From the NCBI GenBank assembly GCA_964016885.1, contig OZ024758.1, forward strand, positions 36,952,001 through 37,016,000: DNA of 64,000 nt, written 5' to 3'. The first letter of the stretch is position 1; the number at the start of each line of letters is the position of its first letter. Position numbers and translations under genes: made by a program. The notes beneath the pieces were generated by a model. The model had not been told where the DNA came from. It did not search any database and saw only the letters and a program-made list of their open reading frames with translations. The stretch is from Eledone cirrhosa. Lineage: Eukaryota. Positions 27,001-41,508 of the stretch are shown here, piece after piece.

Positions 27001-30000
27001 TGTCAGAAGTAACTCCACTGTTGGTGAGAATTCATTTAAGTTCATGGTACTAGCTGTCAGAAGTAACTCCAATGTTGGTGAGAATTCATTTAAGTTCATG
27101 GTATTAGCTGTCAGAAGGAACTCCACTGTTGGTGAGAATTCATTTAAGTTCATGGTATTAGCTGTCAGAAGTAACTCCACTGTTGGTGAGAATTCATTTA
27201 AGTTCATGGTACTAGTTGTCAGAAGTAACTCCACTGTTGGTGAGAATTCATTTAAGTTCATGGTATTAGTTGTCAGAAGTAACTCCACTGTTGGTGAGAA
27301 TTCATTTAAGTCATGGTATTAGTTGTCAGAAGTAACTCCAATGTTGGTGAGAATTCATTTAAGTTCATGGTACTAGCTGTCAGAAGTAACTCCACTGTTG
27401 GTGAGAATTCATTTAAGTCATGGTATTAGCTGTCAGAAGTAACTCCATTGTTGGTGAGAATTCATTTAAGTCATGGTACTAGCTGTCAGAAGTAACTCCA
27501 CTGTTGGTGAGAATTCATTTAAGTTCATGGTATTAGCTGTCAGAAGGAACTCCACTGTTGGTGAGAATTCATTTAAGTTCATGGTATTAGTTTGTCAGAA
27601 GTAACTCCACTGTTGGTGAGAATTCATTTAAGTCATGGTATTAGTTGTCAGAAGTAACTCCAATGTTGGTGAGAATTCATTTAAGTCATGGTACTAGCTG
27701 TCAGAAGTAACTCCAATGTTGGTGAGAATTCATTTAAGTTCATGGTATTAGCTGTCAGAAGGAACTCCACTGTTGGTGAGAATTCATTTAAGTTCATGGT
27801 ATTAGCTGTCAGAAGTAACTCCACTGTTGGTGAGAATTCATTTAAGTTCATGGTATTAGCTGTCAGAAGTAACTCCACTGTTGGTGAGAATTCATTTAAG
27901 TTCATGGTACTAGCTGTCAGAAGTAACTCCACTGTTGGTGAGAATTCATTTAAGTTCATGGTTCTAGCTGTCAGAATTAACTCCACTGTTGGTGAGAATT
28001 CATTTAAGTTCATGGTACTAGCTGTCAGAAGTAACTCCAATGTTGGTAAGAATTCATTTAAGTTCATGGTATTAGCTGTCAGAAGTAACTCCACTGTTGG
28101 TGAGAATTCATTTAAGTTCATGGTACTAGCTGTCAGAAGTAACTCCACTGTTGGTGAGAATTCATTTAAGTTCATGGTATTAGCTGTCAGAAGGAACGCC
28201 ACTGTTGGTGAGAATTCATTTAAGTTCATGGTATTAGCTGTCAGAAGTAACTCCACTGTTGGTGAGAATTCATTTAAGTTCATGGTACTAGCTGTCAGAA
28301 GTAACTCCAATGTTGGTGAGAATTCATTTAAGTTCATGGTATTAGCTGTCAGAAGGAACTCCACTGTTGGTGAGAAATCATTTAAGTCTTGGTATTAGTT
28401 GTCAGAAGTAACTCCAATGTTGGTGAGAATTCATTTAAGTTCATGGTACTAGCTGTCAGAAGTAACTCCACTGTTGGTGAGATTTCATTTAAGTTCATGG
28501 TACTAGCTGTCAAAAGTAACTCCAATGTTGGTGAGAATTCATTTAAGTTCATGGTATTAGCTGTCAGAAGTAACTCCACTGTTGGTGAGAATTCATTTAA
28601 GTTCATGGTACTAGCTGTCAGAAGTAACTCCACTGTTGGTGAGAATTCAGTTAAGTTCATGGTATTAGTTGTCAGAAGTAACTCCACTGTTGGTGAGAAT
28701 TCATTTAAATCATGGTATTAGTTGTCAGAAGTAACTCCAATGTTGGTGAGAATTCATTTAATTTCATGGTACTAGCTGTCAGAAGTAACTCCACTGTTGG
28801 TGAGAAATCATTTAAGTCATGGTATTAGTTGTCAGAAGTAACTCCAATGTTGGTGAGAATTCATTTAAGTTCATGGTACTAGCTGTCAGAAGTAACTCCA
28901 CTGTTGGTGAGAATTCATTTAAGTTCATGGTATTAGCTGTCAGAAGGAACTCCAATGTTGGTGAGAATTCATTTAAGTCATGGTATTAGCTGTCAGAAGT
29001 AACTTCACTGTTGGTGAGAATTCATTTAAGTTCATGGTACTAGCTGTCAGAAGTAACTCCACTGTTGGTGAGAATTCATTTAAGTTCATGGTACTAGCCG
29101 TCAGAAGTAACTCCACTGTTGGTGAGAATTCAGTTAAGTTCATGGTATTAGTTGTCAGAAGTAACTCCACTGTTGGTGAGAATTCATTTAAATCATGGTA
29201 TTAGTTGTCAGAAGTAACTCCAATGTTGGTGAGAATTCATTTAAGTTCATGGTACTAGCTGTCAGAAGTAACTCCACTGTTGGTGAGAATTCATTTAAGT
29301 TCATGGTATTAGCTGTCAGAAGGAACTCCACTGTTGGTGGGAATTCATTTAAGTTCATGGTATTAGCTGTGAGAAGTCACTCCACTGTTGGTGAGAATTC
29401 ATTTGAGTTCATGGTATTAGCTGTCAGAAGTACCTCCACTGTTGGTGAGAATTCATTTAAGTTCATGGTATTAGCTGTCAGAAGTAACTCCACTGTTGGT
29501 GAGAATTCATTTAAGTTCATGGTATTAGCTGTCAGAAGGAACTCCAATGTTGGTGAGAATTCATTTAAGTCATGGTACTAGCTGTCAGAAGTAACTCCAC
29601 TGTTGGTGAGAATTCATTTAAGTTTATGGTATTAGCTGTCAGAAGGAACGCCACTGTTGGTGAGAATTCATTTAAGTTCATGGTACTAGCTGTCAGAAGT
29701 AACTCCACTGTTGGTGAGAATTCAGTTAAGTTCATGGTATTAGTTGTCAGAAGTAACTCCACTGTTGGTGAGAATTCATTTAAATCATGGTATTAGTTGT
29801 CAGAAGTAACTCCAATGTTGGTGAGAATTCATTTAATTTCATGGTACTAGCTGTCAGAAGTAACTCCACTGTTGGTGAGAAATCATTTAAGTCATGGTAT
29901 TAGTTGTCAGAAGTAACTCCAATGTTGGTGAGAATTCATTTAAGTTCATGGTACTAGCTGTCAGAAGTAACTCCACTGTTGGTGAGAATTCATTTAAGTT

Positions 30001-32150
30001 CATGGTATTAGCTGTCAGAAGTAACTCCACTGTTGGTGAGAATTCATTTAAGTCATGGTATTAGTTGTCAGAAGTAACTCCAATGTTGGTGAGAATTCAT
30101 TTAAGTTCATGGTACTAGCTGTCAGAAGTAACTCCACTGTTGGTGAGAATTCATTTAAGTTCATGGTATTAGCTGTCAGAAGTAACTCCACTGTTGGTTA
30201 GAATTCATTTAAGTCATGGTATTAGTTGTCAGAAGTAACTCCAATGTTGGTGAGAATTCATTTAAGTCTTGGTACTAGCTGTCAGAAGTAACTCCAATGT
30301 TGGTGAGAATTCAGTTAAGTTCATGGTATTAGCTGTCAGAAGGAACTCCACTGTTGGTGAGAATTCATTTAAGTTCATGGTATTAGCTGTCAGAAGTAAC
30401 TTCACTGTTGGTGAGAATTCATTTAAGTTCATGGTACTAGCTGTCAGAAGTAACTCCACTGTTGGTGAGAATTCATTTAAGTTCATGGTACTAGCCGTCA
30501 GAAGTAACTCCACTGTTGGTGAGAATTCAGTTAAGTTCATGGTATTAGTTGTCAGAAGTAACTCCACTGTTGGTGAGAATTCATTTAAATCATGGTATTA
30601 GTTGTCAGAAGTAACTCCAATGTTGGTGAGAATTCATTTAAGTTCATGGTACTAGCTGTCAGAAGTAACTCCACTGTTGGTGAGAATTCATTTAAGTTCA
30701 TGGTATTAGCTGTCAAAAGGAACTCCACTGTTGGTGGGAATTCATTTAAGTTCATGGTATTAGCTGTGAGAAGTCACTCCACTGTTGGTGAGAATTCATT
30801 TGAGTTCATGGTATTAGCTGTCAGAAGTACCTCCACTGTTGGTGAGAATTCATTTAAGTTCATGGTATTAGCTGTCAGAAGTAACTCCACTGTTGGTGAG
30901 AATTCATTTAAGTTCATGGTATTAGCTGTCAGAAGGAACTCCAATGTTGGTGAGAATTCATTTAAGTCATGGTACTAGCTGTCAGAAGTAACTCCACTGT
31001 TGGTGAGAATTCATTTAGGTTTATGGTATTAGCTGTCAGAAGGAACGCCACTGTTGGTGAGAATTCATTTAAGTTCATGGTATTAGCTGTCAGAAGTAAC
31101 TCCACTTTTGGTGAGAATTCATTTAAGTTCATGGTACTAGCTGTCAGAAGTAACTCCAATGTTGGTGAGAATTCATTTAAGTTCATGGTATTAGCTGTCA
31201 GAAGGAACTCCACTGTTGGTGAGAATTCATTTAAGTTCATGGTATTAGCTGTCAGAAGTAACTCCACTGTTGGTGAGAATTCATTTAAGTTCATGGTACT
31301 AGTTGTCAGAAGTAACTCCACTGTTGGTGAGAATTCATTTAAGTTCATGGTATTAGTTGTCAGAAGTAACTCCACTGTTGGTGAGAATTCATTTAAGTCA
31401 TGGTATTAGTTGTCAGAAGTAACTCCAATGTTGGTGAGAATTCATTTAAGTTCATGGTACTAGCTGTCAGAAGTAACTCCACTGTTGGTGAGAATTCATT
31501 TAAGTCATGGTATTAGCTGTCAGAAGTAACTCCATTGTTGGTGAGAATTCATTTAAGTCATGGTACTAGCTGTCAGAAGTAACTCCACTGTTGGTGAGAA
31601 TTCATTTAAGTTCATGGTATTAGCTGTCAGAAGGAACTCCACTGTTGGTGAGAATTCATTTAAGTTCATGGTATTAGTTTGTCAGAAGTAACTCCACTGT
31701 TGGTGAGAATTCATTTAAGTCATGGTATTAGTTGTCAGAAGTAACTCCAATGTTGGTGAGAATTCATTTAAGTCATGGTACTAGCTGTCAGAAGTAACTC
31801 CAATGTTGGTGAGAATTCATTTAAGTTCATGGTATTAGCTGTCAGAAGGAACTCCACTGTTGGTGAGAATTCATTTAAGTTCATGGTATTAGCTGTCAGA
31901 AGTAACTCCACTGTTGGTGAGAATTCATTTAAGTTCATGGTATTAGCTGTCAGAAGTAACTCCACTGTTGGTGAGAATTCATTTAAGTTCATGGTACTAG
32001 CTGTCAGAAGTAACTCCACTGTTGGTGAGAATTCATTTAAGTTCATGGTTCTAGCTGTCAGAATTAACTCCACTGTTGGTGAGAATTCATTTAAGTTCAT
32101 GGTACTAGCTGTCAGAAGTAACTCCAATGTTGGTAAGAATTCATTTAAGT
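24100..32150. repeat. Mosaic of duplicated blocks (offsets 1397, 3710, 4032, 4087, 5107)
   Basis: ORF pairs 25155/26552, 29195/30592, 25485/29195, 24350/28382, 26875/30962, 25155/30262. Local markers TTTGAGTTC, AACTTCAC, GAGATTTC. Confidence 0.75.
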
Positions 32151-35100
32151 TCATGATATTAGCTGTCAGAAGTAACTCCACTGTTGGTGAGAATTCATTT
32201 AAGTTCATGGTACTAGCTGTCAGAAGTAACTCCACTGTTGGTGAGAATTCATTTAAGTTTATGGTACTAGCTGTCAGAAGTAACCCCAATGTTGGTGAGA
32301 ATTCATTTAAGTTCATGGTATTAGCTGTCAGAAGTCACTCCAATGTTGGTGAGAATTCATTTAAGTTCATGGTATTAGCTGTCAGAAGTCACTCCACTGT
32401 TGGTGAGAATTCATTTAAGTTCATGGTACTAGCTGTCAGAAGTAACCCCAATGTTGCTGAGAATTCATTTAAGTTCATGGTATTAGCTGTCAGAAGTCAC
32501 TCCAATGTTGGTGAGAATTCATTTAAGTTCATGGTATTAGCTGTCAGAAGTAACTCCACTGTTGGTGAGAATTCATTTAAGTTCATGGTATTAGCTGTCA
32601 GAAGTAACTCCACTGTTGGTGAGAATTCATTTAAGTTCATGGTATTAGCTGTCAGAAGTAACTCCACTGTTGGTGAGAATTCATTTAAGTTCATGGTATT
32701 ACCTGTCAGAAGGAACTCCAATGTTGGTGAGAATTCATTTAAGTCATGGTACTAGCTGTCAGAAGTAACTCCACTGTTGGTGAGAATTCATTTAAGTTCA
32801 TGGTATTAGCTGTCAGAAGGAACGCCACTGTTGGTGAGAATTCATTTAAGTTCATGGTATTAGCTGTCAGAAGTAACTCCACTGTTGGTGAGAATTCATT
32901 TAAGTTCATGGTACTAGCTGTCAGAAGTAACTCCAATGTTGGTGAGAATTCATTTAAGTTCATGGTATTAGCTGTCAGAAGGAACTCCACTGTTGGTGAG
33001 AATTCATTTAAGTCTTGGTATTAGTTGTCAGAAGTAACTCCAATGTTGGTGAGAATTCATTTAAGTTCATGGTACTAGCTGTCAGAAGTAACTCCACTGT
33101 TGGTGAGAATTCATTTACGTTCATGGTACTAGCTGTCAAAAGTAACTCCACTGTTGGTGAGAATTCATTTAAGTCATGGTATTAGCTGTCAGAAGTAACT
33201 CCAATGTTGGTGAGAATTCATTTAAGTCTTGGTACTAGCTGTCAGAAGTAACTCCAATGTTGGTGAGAATTCAGTTAAGTTCATGGTATTAGCTGTCAGA
33301 AGGAACTCCACTGTTGGTGAGAATTCATTTAAGTTCATGGTATTAGCTGTCAGAAGTAACTCCACTGTTGGTGAGAATTCATTTAAGTTCATGGTACTAG
33401 CTGTCAGACGTAACTCCACTGTTGGTGAGAATTCATTTAAGTTCATGGTACTAGCCGTCAGAAGTAACTCCACTGTTGGTGAGAATTCAGTTAAGTTCAT
33501 GGTATTAGTTGTCAGAAGTAACTCCACTGTTGGTGAGAATTCATTTAAATCATGGTATTAGTTGTCAGAAGTAACTCCAATGTTGGTGAGAATTCATTTA
33601 AGTTCATGGTACTAGCTGTCAGAAGTACCTCCACTGTTGGTGAGAATTCATTTAAGTTCATGGTATTAGCTGTCAGAAGTAACTCCACTGTTGGTGAGAA
33701 TTCATTTAAGTTCATGGTATTAGCTGTCAGAAGGAACTCCAATGTTGGTGAGAATTCATTTAAGTCATGGTACTAGCTGTCAGAAGTAACTCCACTGTTG
33801 GTGAGAATTCATTTAAGTTCATGGTATTAGCTGTCAGAAGTAACTCCACTGTTGGTGAGAATTCATTTAAGTTCATGGTACTAGCTGTCAGAAGTAACTC
33901 CAATGTTGGTGAGAATTCATTTAAGTTCATGGTATTAGCTGTCAGAAGGAACTCCACTGTTGGTGAGAATTCATTTAAGTTCATGGTATTAGCTGTCAGA
34001 AGTAACTCCACTGTTGGTGAGAATTCATTTAAGTTCATGGTACTAGTTGTCAGAAGTAACTCCACTGTTGGTGAGAATTCATTTAAGTTCATGGTATTAG
34101 TTGTCAGAAGTAACTCCACTGTTGGTGAGAATTCATTTAAGTCATGGTATTAGTTGTCAGAAGTAACTCCAATGTTGGTGAGAATTCATTTAAGTTCATG
34201 GTACTAGCTGTCAGAAGTAACTCCACTGTTGGTGAGAATTCATTTAAGTTCATTGTATTAGCTGTCAGAAGTAACTCCACTGTTGGTGAGAATTCATTTA
34301 AGTCATGGTATTAGCTGTCAGAAGTAACTCCATTGTTGGTGAGAATTCATTTAAGTCATGGTACTAGCTGTCAGAAGTAACTCTACTGTTGGTGAGAATT
34401 CATTTAAGTTCATGGTATTAGCTGTCAGAAGTAACTCCACTGTTGGTGAGAATTCATTTAAGTTCATGGTACTAGCTGTCAGAAGTAACTCCACTGTTGG
34501 TGAGAATTCATTTAAGTTCATGGTTCTAGCTGTCAGAATTAACTCCACTGTTGGTGAGAATTCATTTAAGTTCATGGTACTAGCTGTCAGAAGTAACTCC
34601 AATGTTGGTAAGAATTCATTTAAGTTCATGATATTAGCTGTCAGAAGTAACTCCACTGTTGGTGAGAATTCATTTAAGTTCATGGTACTAGCTGTCAGAA
34701 GTAACTCCACTGTTGGTGAGAATTCATTTAAGTTTATGGTACTAGCTGTCAGAAGTAACCCCAATGTTGGTGAGAATTCATTTAAGTTCATGGTATTAGC
34801 TGTCAGAAGTCACTCCAATGTTGGTGAGAATTCATTTAAGTTCATGGTATTAGCTGTCAGAAGTCACTCCACTGTTGGTGAGAATTCATTTAAGTTCATG
34901 GTACTAGCTGTCAGAAGTAACCCCAATGTTGCTGAGAATTCATTTAAGTTCATGGTATTAGCTGTCAGAAGTCACTCCAATGTTGGTGAGAATTCATTTA
35001 AGTTCATGGTATTAGCTGTCAGAAGTAACTCCACTGTTGGTGAGAATTCATTTAAGTTCATGGTATTAGCTGTCAGAAGTAACTCCACTGTTGGTGAGAA

Positions 35101-36100
35101 TTCATTTAAGTTCATGGTATTAGCTGTCAGAAGTAACTCCACTGTTGGTGAGAATTCATTTAAGTTCATGGTATTACCTGTCAGAAGGAACTCCAATGTT
35201 GGTGAGAATTCATTTAAGTCATGGTACTAGCTGTCAGAAGTAACTCCACTGTTGGTGAGAATTCATTTAAGTTCATGGTATTAGCTGTCAGAAGGAACGC
35301 CACTGTTGGTGAGAATTCATTTAAGTTCATGGTATTAGCTGTCAGAAGTAACTCCACTGTTGGTGAGAATTCATTTAAGTTCATGGTACTAGCTGTCAGA
35401 AGTAACTCCAATGTTGGTGAGAATTCATTTAAGTTCATGGTATTAGCTGTCAGAAGGAACTCCACTGTTGGTGAGAATTCATTTAAGTCTTGGTATTAGT
35501 TGTCAGAAGTAACTCCAATGTTGGTGAGAATTCATTTAAGTTCATGGTACTAGCTGTCAGAAGTAACTCCACTGTTGGTGAGAATTCATTTAAGTTCATG
35601 GTACTAGCTGTCAAAAGTAACTCCACTGTTGGTGAGAATTCATTTAAGTCATGGTATTAGCTGTCAGAAGTAACTCCAATGTTGGTGAGAATTCATTTAA
35701 GTCTTGGTACTAGCTGTCAGAAGTAACTCCAATGTTGGTGAGAATTCAGTTAAGTTCATGGTATTAGCTGTCAGAAGGAACTCCACTGTTGGTGAGAATT
35801 CATTTAAGTTCATGGTATTAGCTGTCAGAAGTAACTCCACTGTTGGTGAGAATTCATTTAAGTTCATGGTACTAGCTGTCAGAAGTAACTCCACTGTTGG
35901 TGAGAATTCATTTAAGTTCATGGTACTAGCCGTCAGAAGTAACTCCACTGTTGGTGAGAATTCAGTTAAGTTCATGGTATTAGTTGTCAGAAGTAACTCC
36001 ACTGTTGGTGAGAATTCATTTAAATCATGGTATTAGTTATCAGAAGTAACTCCAATGTTTGTGAGAATTCATTTAAGTTCATGGTACTAGCTGTCAGAAG
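31910..36100. repeat. ~1.7 kb block repeated at +2475 (31910-33627 / 34385-36102); also related to ~23.1-24.3 kb at -8658
   Basis: ORF pairs 32497/34972, 32739/35214, 33222/35697 and 23110/31768. Shared marker TTACCTG. Confidence 0.8.
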
Positions 36101-39033
36101 TAACTCCACTGTTGGTGAGAATTCATTTAAGTTCATGGTATTAGCTGTCAGAAGTAACTCCACTGTTGGTGAGAATTCATTTAAGTCATGGTATGAGCTG
36201 TCAGAAGTAACTCCATTGTTGGTGAGAATTCATTTAAGTCATGGTACTAGCTGTCAGAAGTAACTCCACTGTTGGTGAGAATTCATTTAAGTTCATGGTA
36301 TTAGCTGTCAGAAGGAACTCCACTGTTGGTAAGAATTCATTTAAGTTCATGGTATTAGCTGTCAGAAGTAACTCCACTGTTGGTGAGAATTCATTTAAGT
36401 TCATGGTACTAGCTGTCAGAAGTAACTCCACTGTTGGTGAGAATTCATTTAAGTTCATGGTACTAGCTGTCAGAAGTAACTCCACTGTTGGTGAGAATTC
36501 ATTTAAGTCCATGGTACTAGCTGTCAGAAGTAACCCCAATGTTGGTGAGAATTCATTTAAGTTCATGGTATTAGCTGTCAGAAGTCACTCCAATGTTGGT
36601 GAGAATTCATTTAAGTTCATGGTATTAGCTGTGAGAAGTCACTCCACTGTTGGTGAGAATTCATTTAAGTTCATGGTATTAGCTGTCAGAAGTACCTCCA
36701 CTGTTGGTGAGAATTCATTTAAGTTCATGGTATTAGCTGTCAGAAGTAACTCCACTGTTGGTGAGAATTCATTTAAGTTCATGGTATTAGCTGTCAGAAG
36801 GAACTCCAATGTTGGTGAGAATTCATTTAAGTCATGGTACTAGCTGTCAGAAGTAACTCCACTGTTGGTGAGAATTCATTTAAGTTCATGGTATTAGCTG
36901 TCAGAAGGAACTCCACTGTTGGTGAGAATTCATTTAAGTTCATGGTATTAGCTGTCAGAAGTAACTCCACTGTTGGTGAGAATTCATTTAAGTTCATGGT
37001 ACTAGTTGTCAGAAGTAACTCCACTGTTGGTGAGAATTCATTTAAGTTCATGGTATTAGTTGTCAGAAGTAACTCCACTGTTGGTGAGAATTCATTTAAG
37101 TCATGGTATTAGTTGTCAGAAGTAACTCCAATGTTGGTGAGAATTCATTTAAGTTCATGGTACTAGCTGTCAGAAGTAACTCCACTGTTGGTGAGAATTC
37201 ATTTAAGTTCATTGTATTAGCTGTCAGAAGTAACTCCACTGTTGGTGAGAACTCATTTAAGTCATGGTATTAGCTGTCAGAAGTAACTCCATTGTTGGTG
37301 AGAATTCATTTAAGTCATGGTACTAGCTGTCAGAAGTAACTCCACTGTTGGTGAGAATTCATTTAAGTTCATGGTATTAGCTGTCAGAAGGAACTCCACT
37401 GTTGGTGAGAATTCATTTAAGTTCATGGTACTAGCTGTCAGAAGTAACTCCACTGTTGGTGAGAATTCATTTAAGTTCATGGTTCTAGCTGTCAGAATTA
37501 ACTCCACTGTTGGTGAGAATTCATTTAAGTTCATGGTACTAGCTGTCAGAAGTAACTCCACTGTTGGTGAGAATTCATTTAAGTTCATGGTATTAGCTGT
37601 CAGAAGGAACTCCAATGTTGGTGAGAATTCATTTAAGTCATGGTACTAGCTGTCAGAAGTAACTCCACTGTTTGTGAGAATTCATTTAAGTTCATGGTAT
37701 TAGCTGTCAGAAGGAACGCCACTGTTGGTGAGAATTCATTTAAGTTCATGGTATTAGCTGTCAGAAGTAACTCCACTGTTGGTGAGAATTCATTTAAGTT
37801 CATGGTACTAGCTGTCAGAAGTAACTCCAATGTTGGTGAGAATTCATTTAAGTTCATGGTATTAGCTGTCAGAAGTCACTCCACTGTTGGTGATAATTCA
37901 TTTAGTTCATGGTATTAGCTGTCAGAAGTAACTCCACTGTTGGTGAGAATTCATTTAAGTTCATGGTACTAGTTGTCAGAAGTAACTCCACTGTTGGTGA
38001 GAATTCATTTAAGTTCATGGTACTAGCTGTCAGAAGTAACCCCAATGTTGGTAAGAATTCATTTAAGTTCATGATATTAGCTGTCAGAAGTAACTCCACT
38101 GTTGGTGAGAATTCATTTAAGTTCATGGTACTAGCTGTCAGAAGTAACTCCACTGTTGGTGAGAATTCATTTAAGTTTATGGTACTAGCTGTCAGAAGTA
38201 ACCCCAATGTTGGTGAGAATTCATTTAAGTTCATGGTATTAGCTGTCAGAAGTCACTCCAATGTTGGTGAGAATTCATTTAAGTTCATGGTATTAGCTGT
38301 CAGAAGTAACTCCACTGTTGGTGAGAATTCATTTAAGTTCATGGTATTAGCTGTCAGAAGCAACTCCACTGTTGGTGAGAATTCATTTAAGTTCATGGTA
38401 TTAGCTGTCAGAAGTAACTCCACTGTTGGTGAGAATTCATTTAAGTTCATGGTATTAGCTGTCAGAAGGAACTCCAATGTTGGTGAGAATTCATTTAAGT
38501 CATGGTACTAGCTGTCAGAAGTAACTCCACTGTTGGTGAGAATTCATTTAAGTTCATGGTATTAGCTGTCAGAAGGAACGCCACTGTTAGTGAGAATTCA
38601 TTTAAGTTCATGGTATTAGCTGTCAGAAGTAACTCCACTGTTGGTGAGAATTCATTTAAGTTCATGGTACTAGCTGTCAGAAGTAACTCCAATGTTGGTG
38701 AGAATTCATTTAAGTTCATGGTATTAGCTGTCAGAAGGAACTCCACTGTTGGTGATAATTCATTTAAGTTCATGGTACTAGCTGTCAGAAGTAACTCCAC
38801 TGTTGGTGAGAATTCATTTAAGTTTATGGTACTAGCTGTCAGAAGTAACCCCAATGTTGGTGAGAATTCATTTAAGTTCATGGTATTAGCTGTCAGAAGT
38901 CACTCCAATGTTGGTGAGAATTCATTTCAGTTCATGGTATTAGCTGTCAGAAGTCACTCCACTGTTGGTGAGAATTCATTTAAGTTCATGGTACTAGCTG
39001 TCAGAAGTAACCCCAATGTTGCTGAGAATTCAT

Positions 39034-41508
39034 TTAAGTTCATGGTATTAGCTGTCAGAAGTCACTCCAATGTTGGTGAGAATTCATTTAAGTTCATGGT
39101 ATTAGCTGTCAGAAGTAACGCCACTGTTGGTGAGAATTCATTTAAGTTCATTTTATTAGCTGTCAGAAGGAACTCCAGTGTTGGTGAGAATTCATTTAAG
39201 TTCATGGTATTAGCTGTCAGAAGTAACTCCACTGTTGGTGAGAATTCATTTAAGTTCATGGTACTAGCTGTCAGAAGTAACTCCAATGTTGGTGAGAATT
39301 CATTTAAGTTCATGGTATTAGCTGTCAGAAGGAACTCCACTGTTGGTGAGAATTCATTTAAGTTCATGGTATTAGCTGTCAGAAGTAACTCCACTGTTGG
39401 TGAGAATTCATTTAAGTTCATGGTACTAGTTGTCAGAAGTAACTCCACTGTTGGTGAGAATTCATTTAAGTTCATGGTATTAGTTGTCAGAAGTAACTCC
39501 ACTGTTGGTGAGAATTCATTTAAGTCATGGTATTAGCTGTCAGAAGTAACTCCATTGTTGGTGAGAATTCATTTAAGTCATGGTACTAGCTGTCAGAAGT
39601 AACTCCACTGTTGGTGAGAATTCATTTAAGTTCATGGTATTAGCTGTCAGAAGGAACTCCACTGTTGGTGAGAATTCATTTAAGTTCATGGTACTAGCTG
39701 TCAGAAGTAACTCCACTGTTGGTGAGAATTCATTTAAGTTCATGGTATTAGTTTGTCAGAAGTAACTCCACTGTTGGTGAGAATTCAGTTAAGTTCATGG
39801 TATTAGTTGTCAGAAGTAACTCCACTGTTGGTGAGAATTCATTTAAGTTCATGGTACTAGCTGTCAGAAGTAACTCCACTGTTGGTGAGAATTCATTTAA
39901 GTTCATGGTACTAGCCGTCAGAAGTAACTCCACTGTTGGTGAGAATTCAGTTAAGTTCATGGTATTAGTTGTCAGAAGTAACTCCACTGTTGGTGAGAAT
40001 TCATTTAAATCATGGTATTAGTTGTCAGAAGTAACTCCAATGTTGGTGAGAATTCATTTAAGTTCATGGTACTAGCTGTCAGAAGTAACTCCACTGTTGG
40101 TGAGAATTCATTTAAGTTCATGGTATTAGCTGTCAGAAGTAACTCCACTGTTGGTGAGAATTCATTTAAGTCATGGTATTAGCTGTCAGAAGTAACTCCA
40201 TTGTTGGTGAGAATTCATTTAAGTCATGGTACTAGCTGTCAGAAGTAACTCCACTGTTGGTGAGAATTCAGTTAAGTTCATGGTATTAGCTGTCAGAAGT
40301 CACTCCAATGTTGGTGAGAATTCATTTAAGTTCATGGTATTAGCTGTCAGAAGTAACGCCACTGTTGGTGAGAATTCATTTAAGTTCATTTTATTAGCTG
40401 TCAGAAGGAACTCCAGTGTTGGTGAGAATTCATTTAAGTTCATGGTATTAGCTGTCAGAAGTAACTCCACTGTTGGTGAGAATTCATTTAAGTTCATGGT
40501 ACTAGCTGTCAGAAGTAACTCCAATGTTGGTGAGAATTCATTTAAGTTCATGGTATTAGCTGTCAGAAGGAACTCCACTGTTGGTGAGAATTCATTTAAG
40601 TTCATGGTATTAGCTGTCAGAAGTAACTCCACTGTTGGTGAGAATTCATTTAAGTTCATGGTACTAGTTGTCAGAAGTAACTCCACTGTTGGTGAGAATT
40701 CATTTAAGTTCATGGTATTAGTTGTCAGAAGTAACTCCACTGTTGGTGAGAATTCATTTAAGTCATGGTATTAGCTGTCAGAAGTAACTCCATTGTTGGT
40801 GAGAATTCATTTAAGTCATGGTACTAGCTGTCAGAAGTAACTCCACTGTTGGTGAGAATTCATTTAAGTTCATGGTATTAGCTGTCAGAAGGAACTCCAC
40901 TGTTGGTGAGAATTCATTTAAGTTCATGGTACTAGCTGTCAGAAGTAACTCCACTGTTGGTGAGAATTCATTTAAGTTCATGGTATTAGTTTGTCAGAAG
41001 TAACTCCACTGTTGGTGAGAATTCAGTTAAGTTCATGGTATTAGTTGTCAGAAGTAACTCCACTGTTGGTGAGAATTCATTTAAGTTCATGGTACTAGCT
41101 GTCAGAAGTAACTCCACTGTTGGTGAGAATTCATTTAAGTTCATGGTATTAGCCGTCAGAAGTAACTCCACTGTTGGTGAGAATTCAGTTAAGTTCATGG
41201 TATTAGTTGTCAGAAGTAACTCCACTGTTGGTGAGAATTCATTTAAATCATGGTATTAGTTGTCAGAAGTAACTCCAATGTTGGTGAGAATTCATTTAAG
41301 TTCATGGTACTAGCTGTCAGAAGTAACTCCACTGTTGGTGAGAATTCATTTAAGTTCATGGTATTAGCTGTCAGAAGTAACTCCACTGTTGGTGAGAATT
41401 CATTTAAGTCATGGTATTAGCTGTCAGAAGTAACTCCATTGTTGGTGAGAATTCATTTAAGTCATGGTACTAGCTGTCAGAAGTAACTCCACTGTTGGTG
41501 AGAATTCA
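39034..41508. repeat. Tandem duplication with 1238-bp period (23 monomers)
   Basis: ORF pairs 39062/40300, 39580/40818, 39748/40986. One difference noticed at 39911/41149. Confidence 0.88.
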
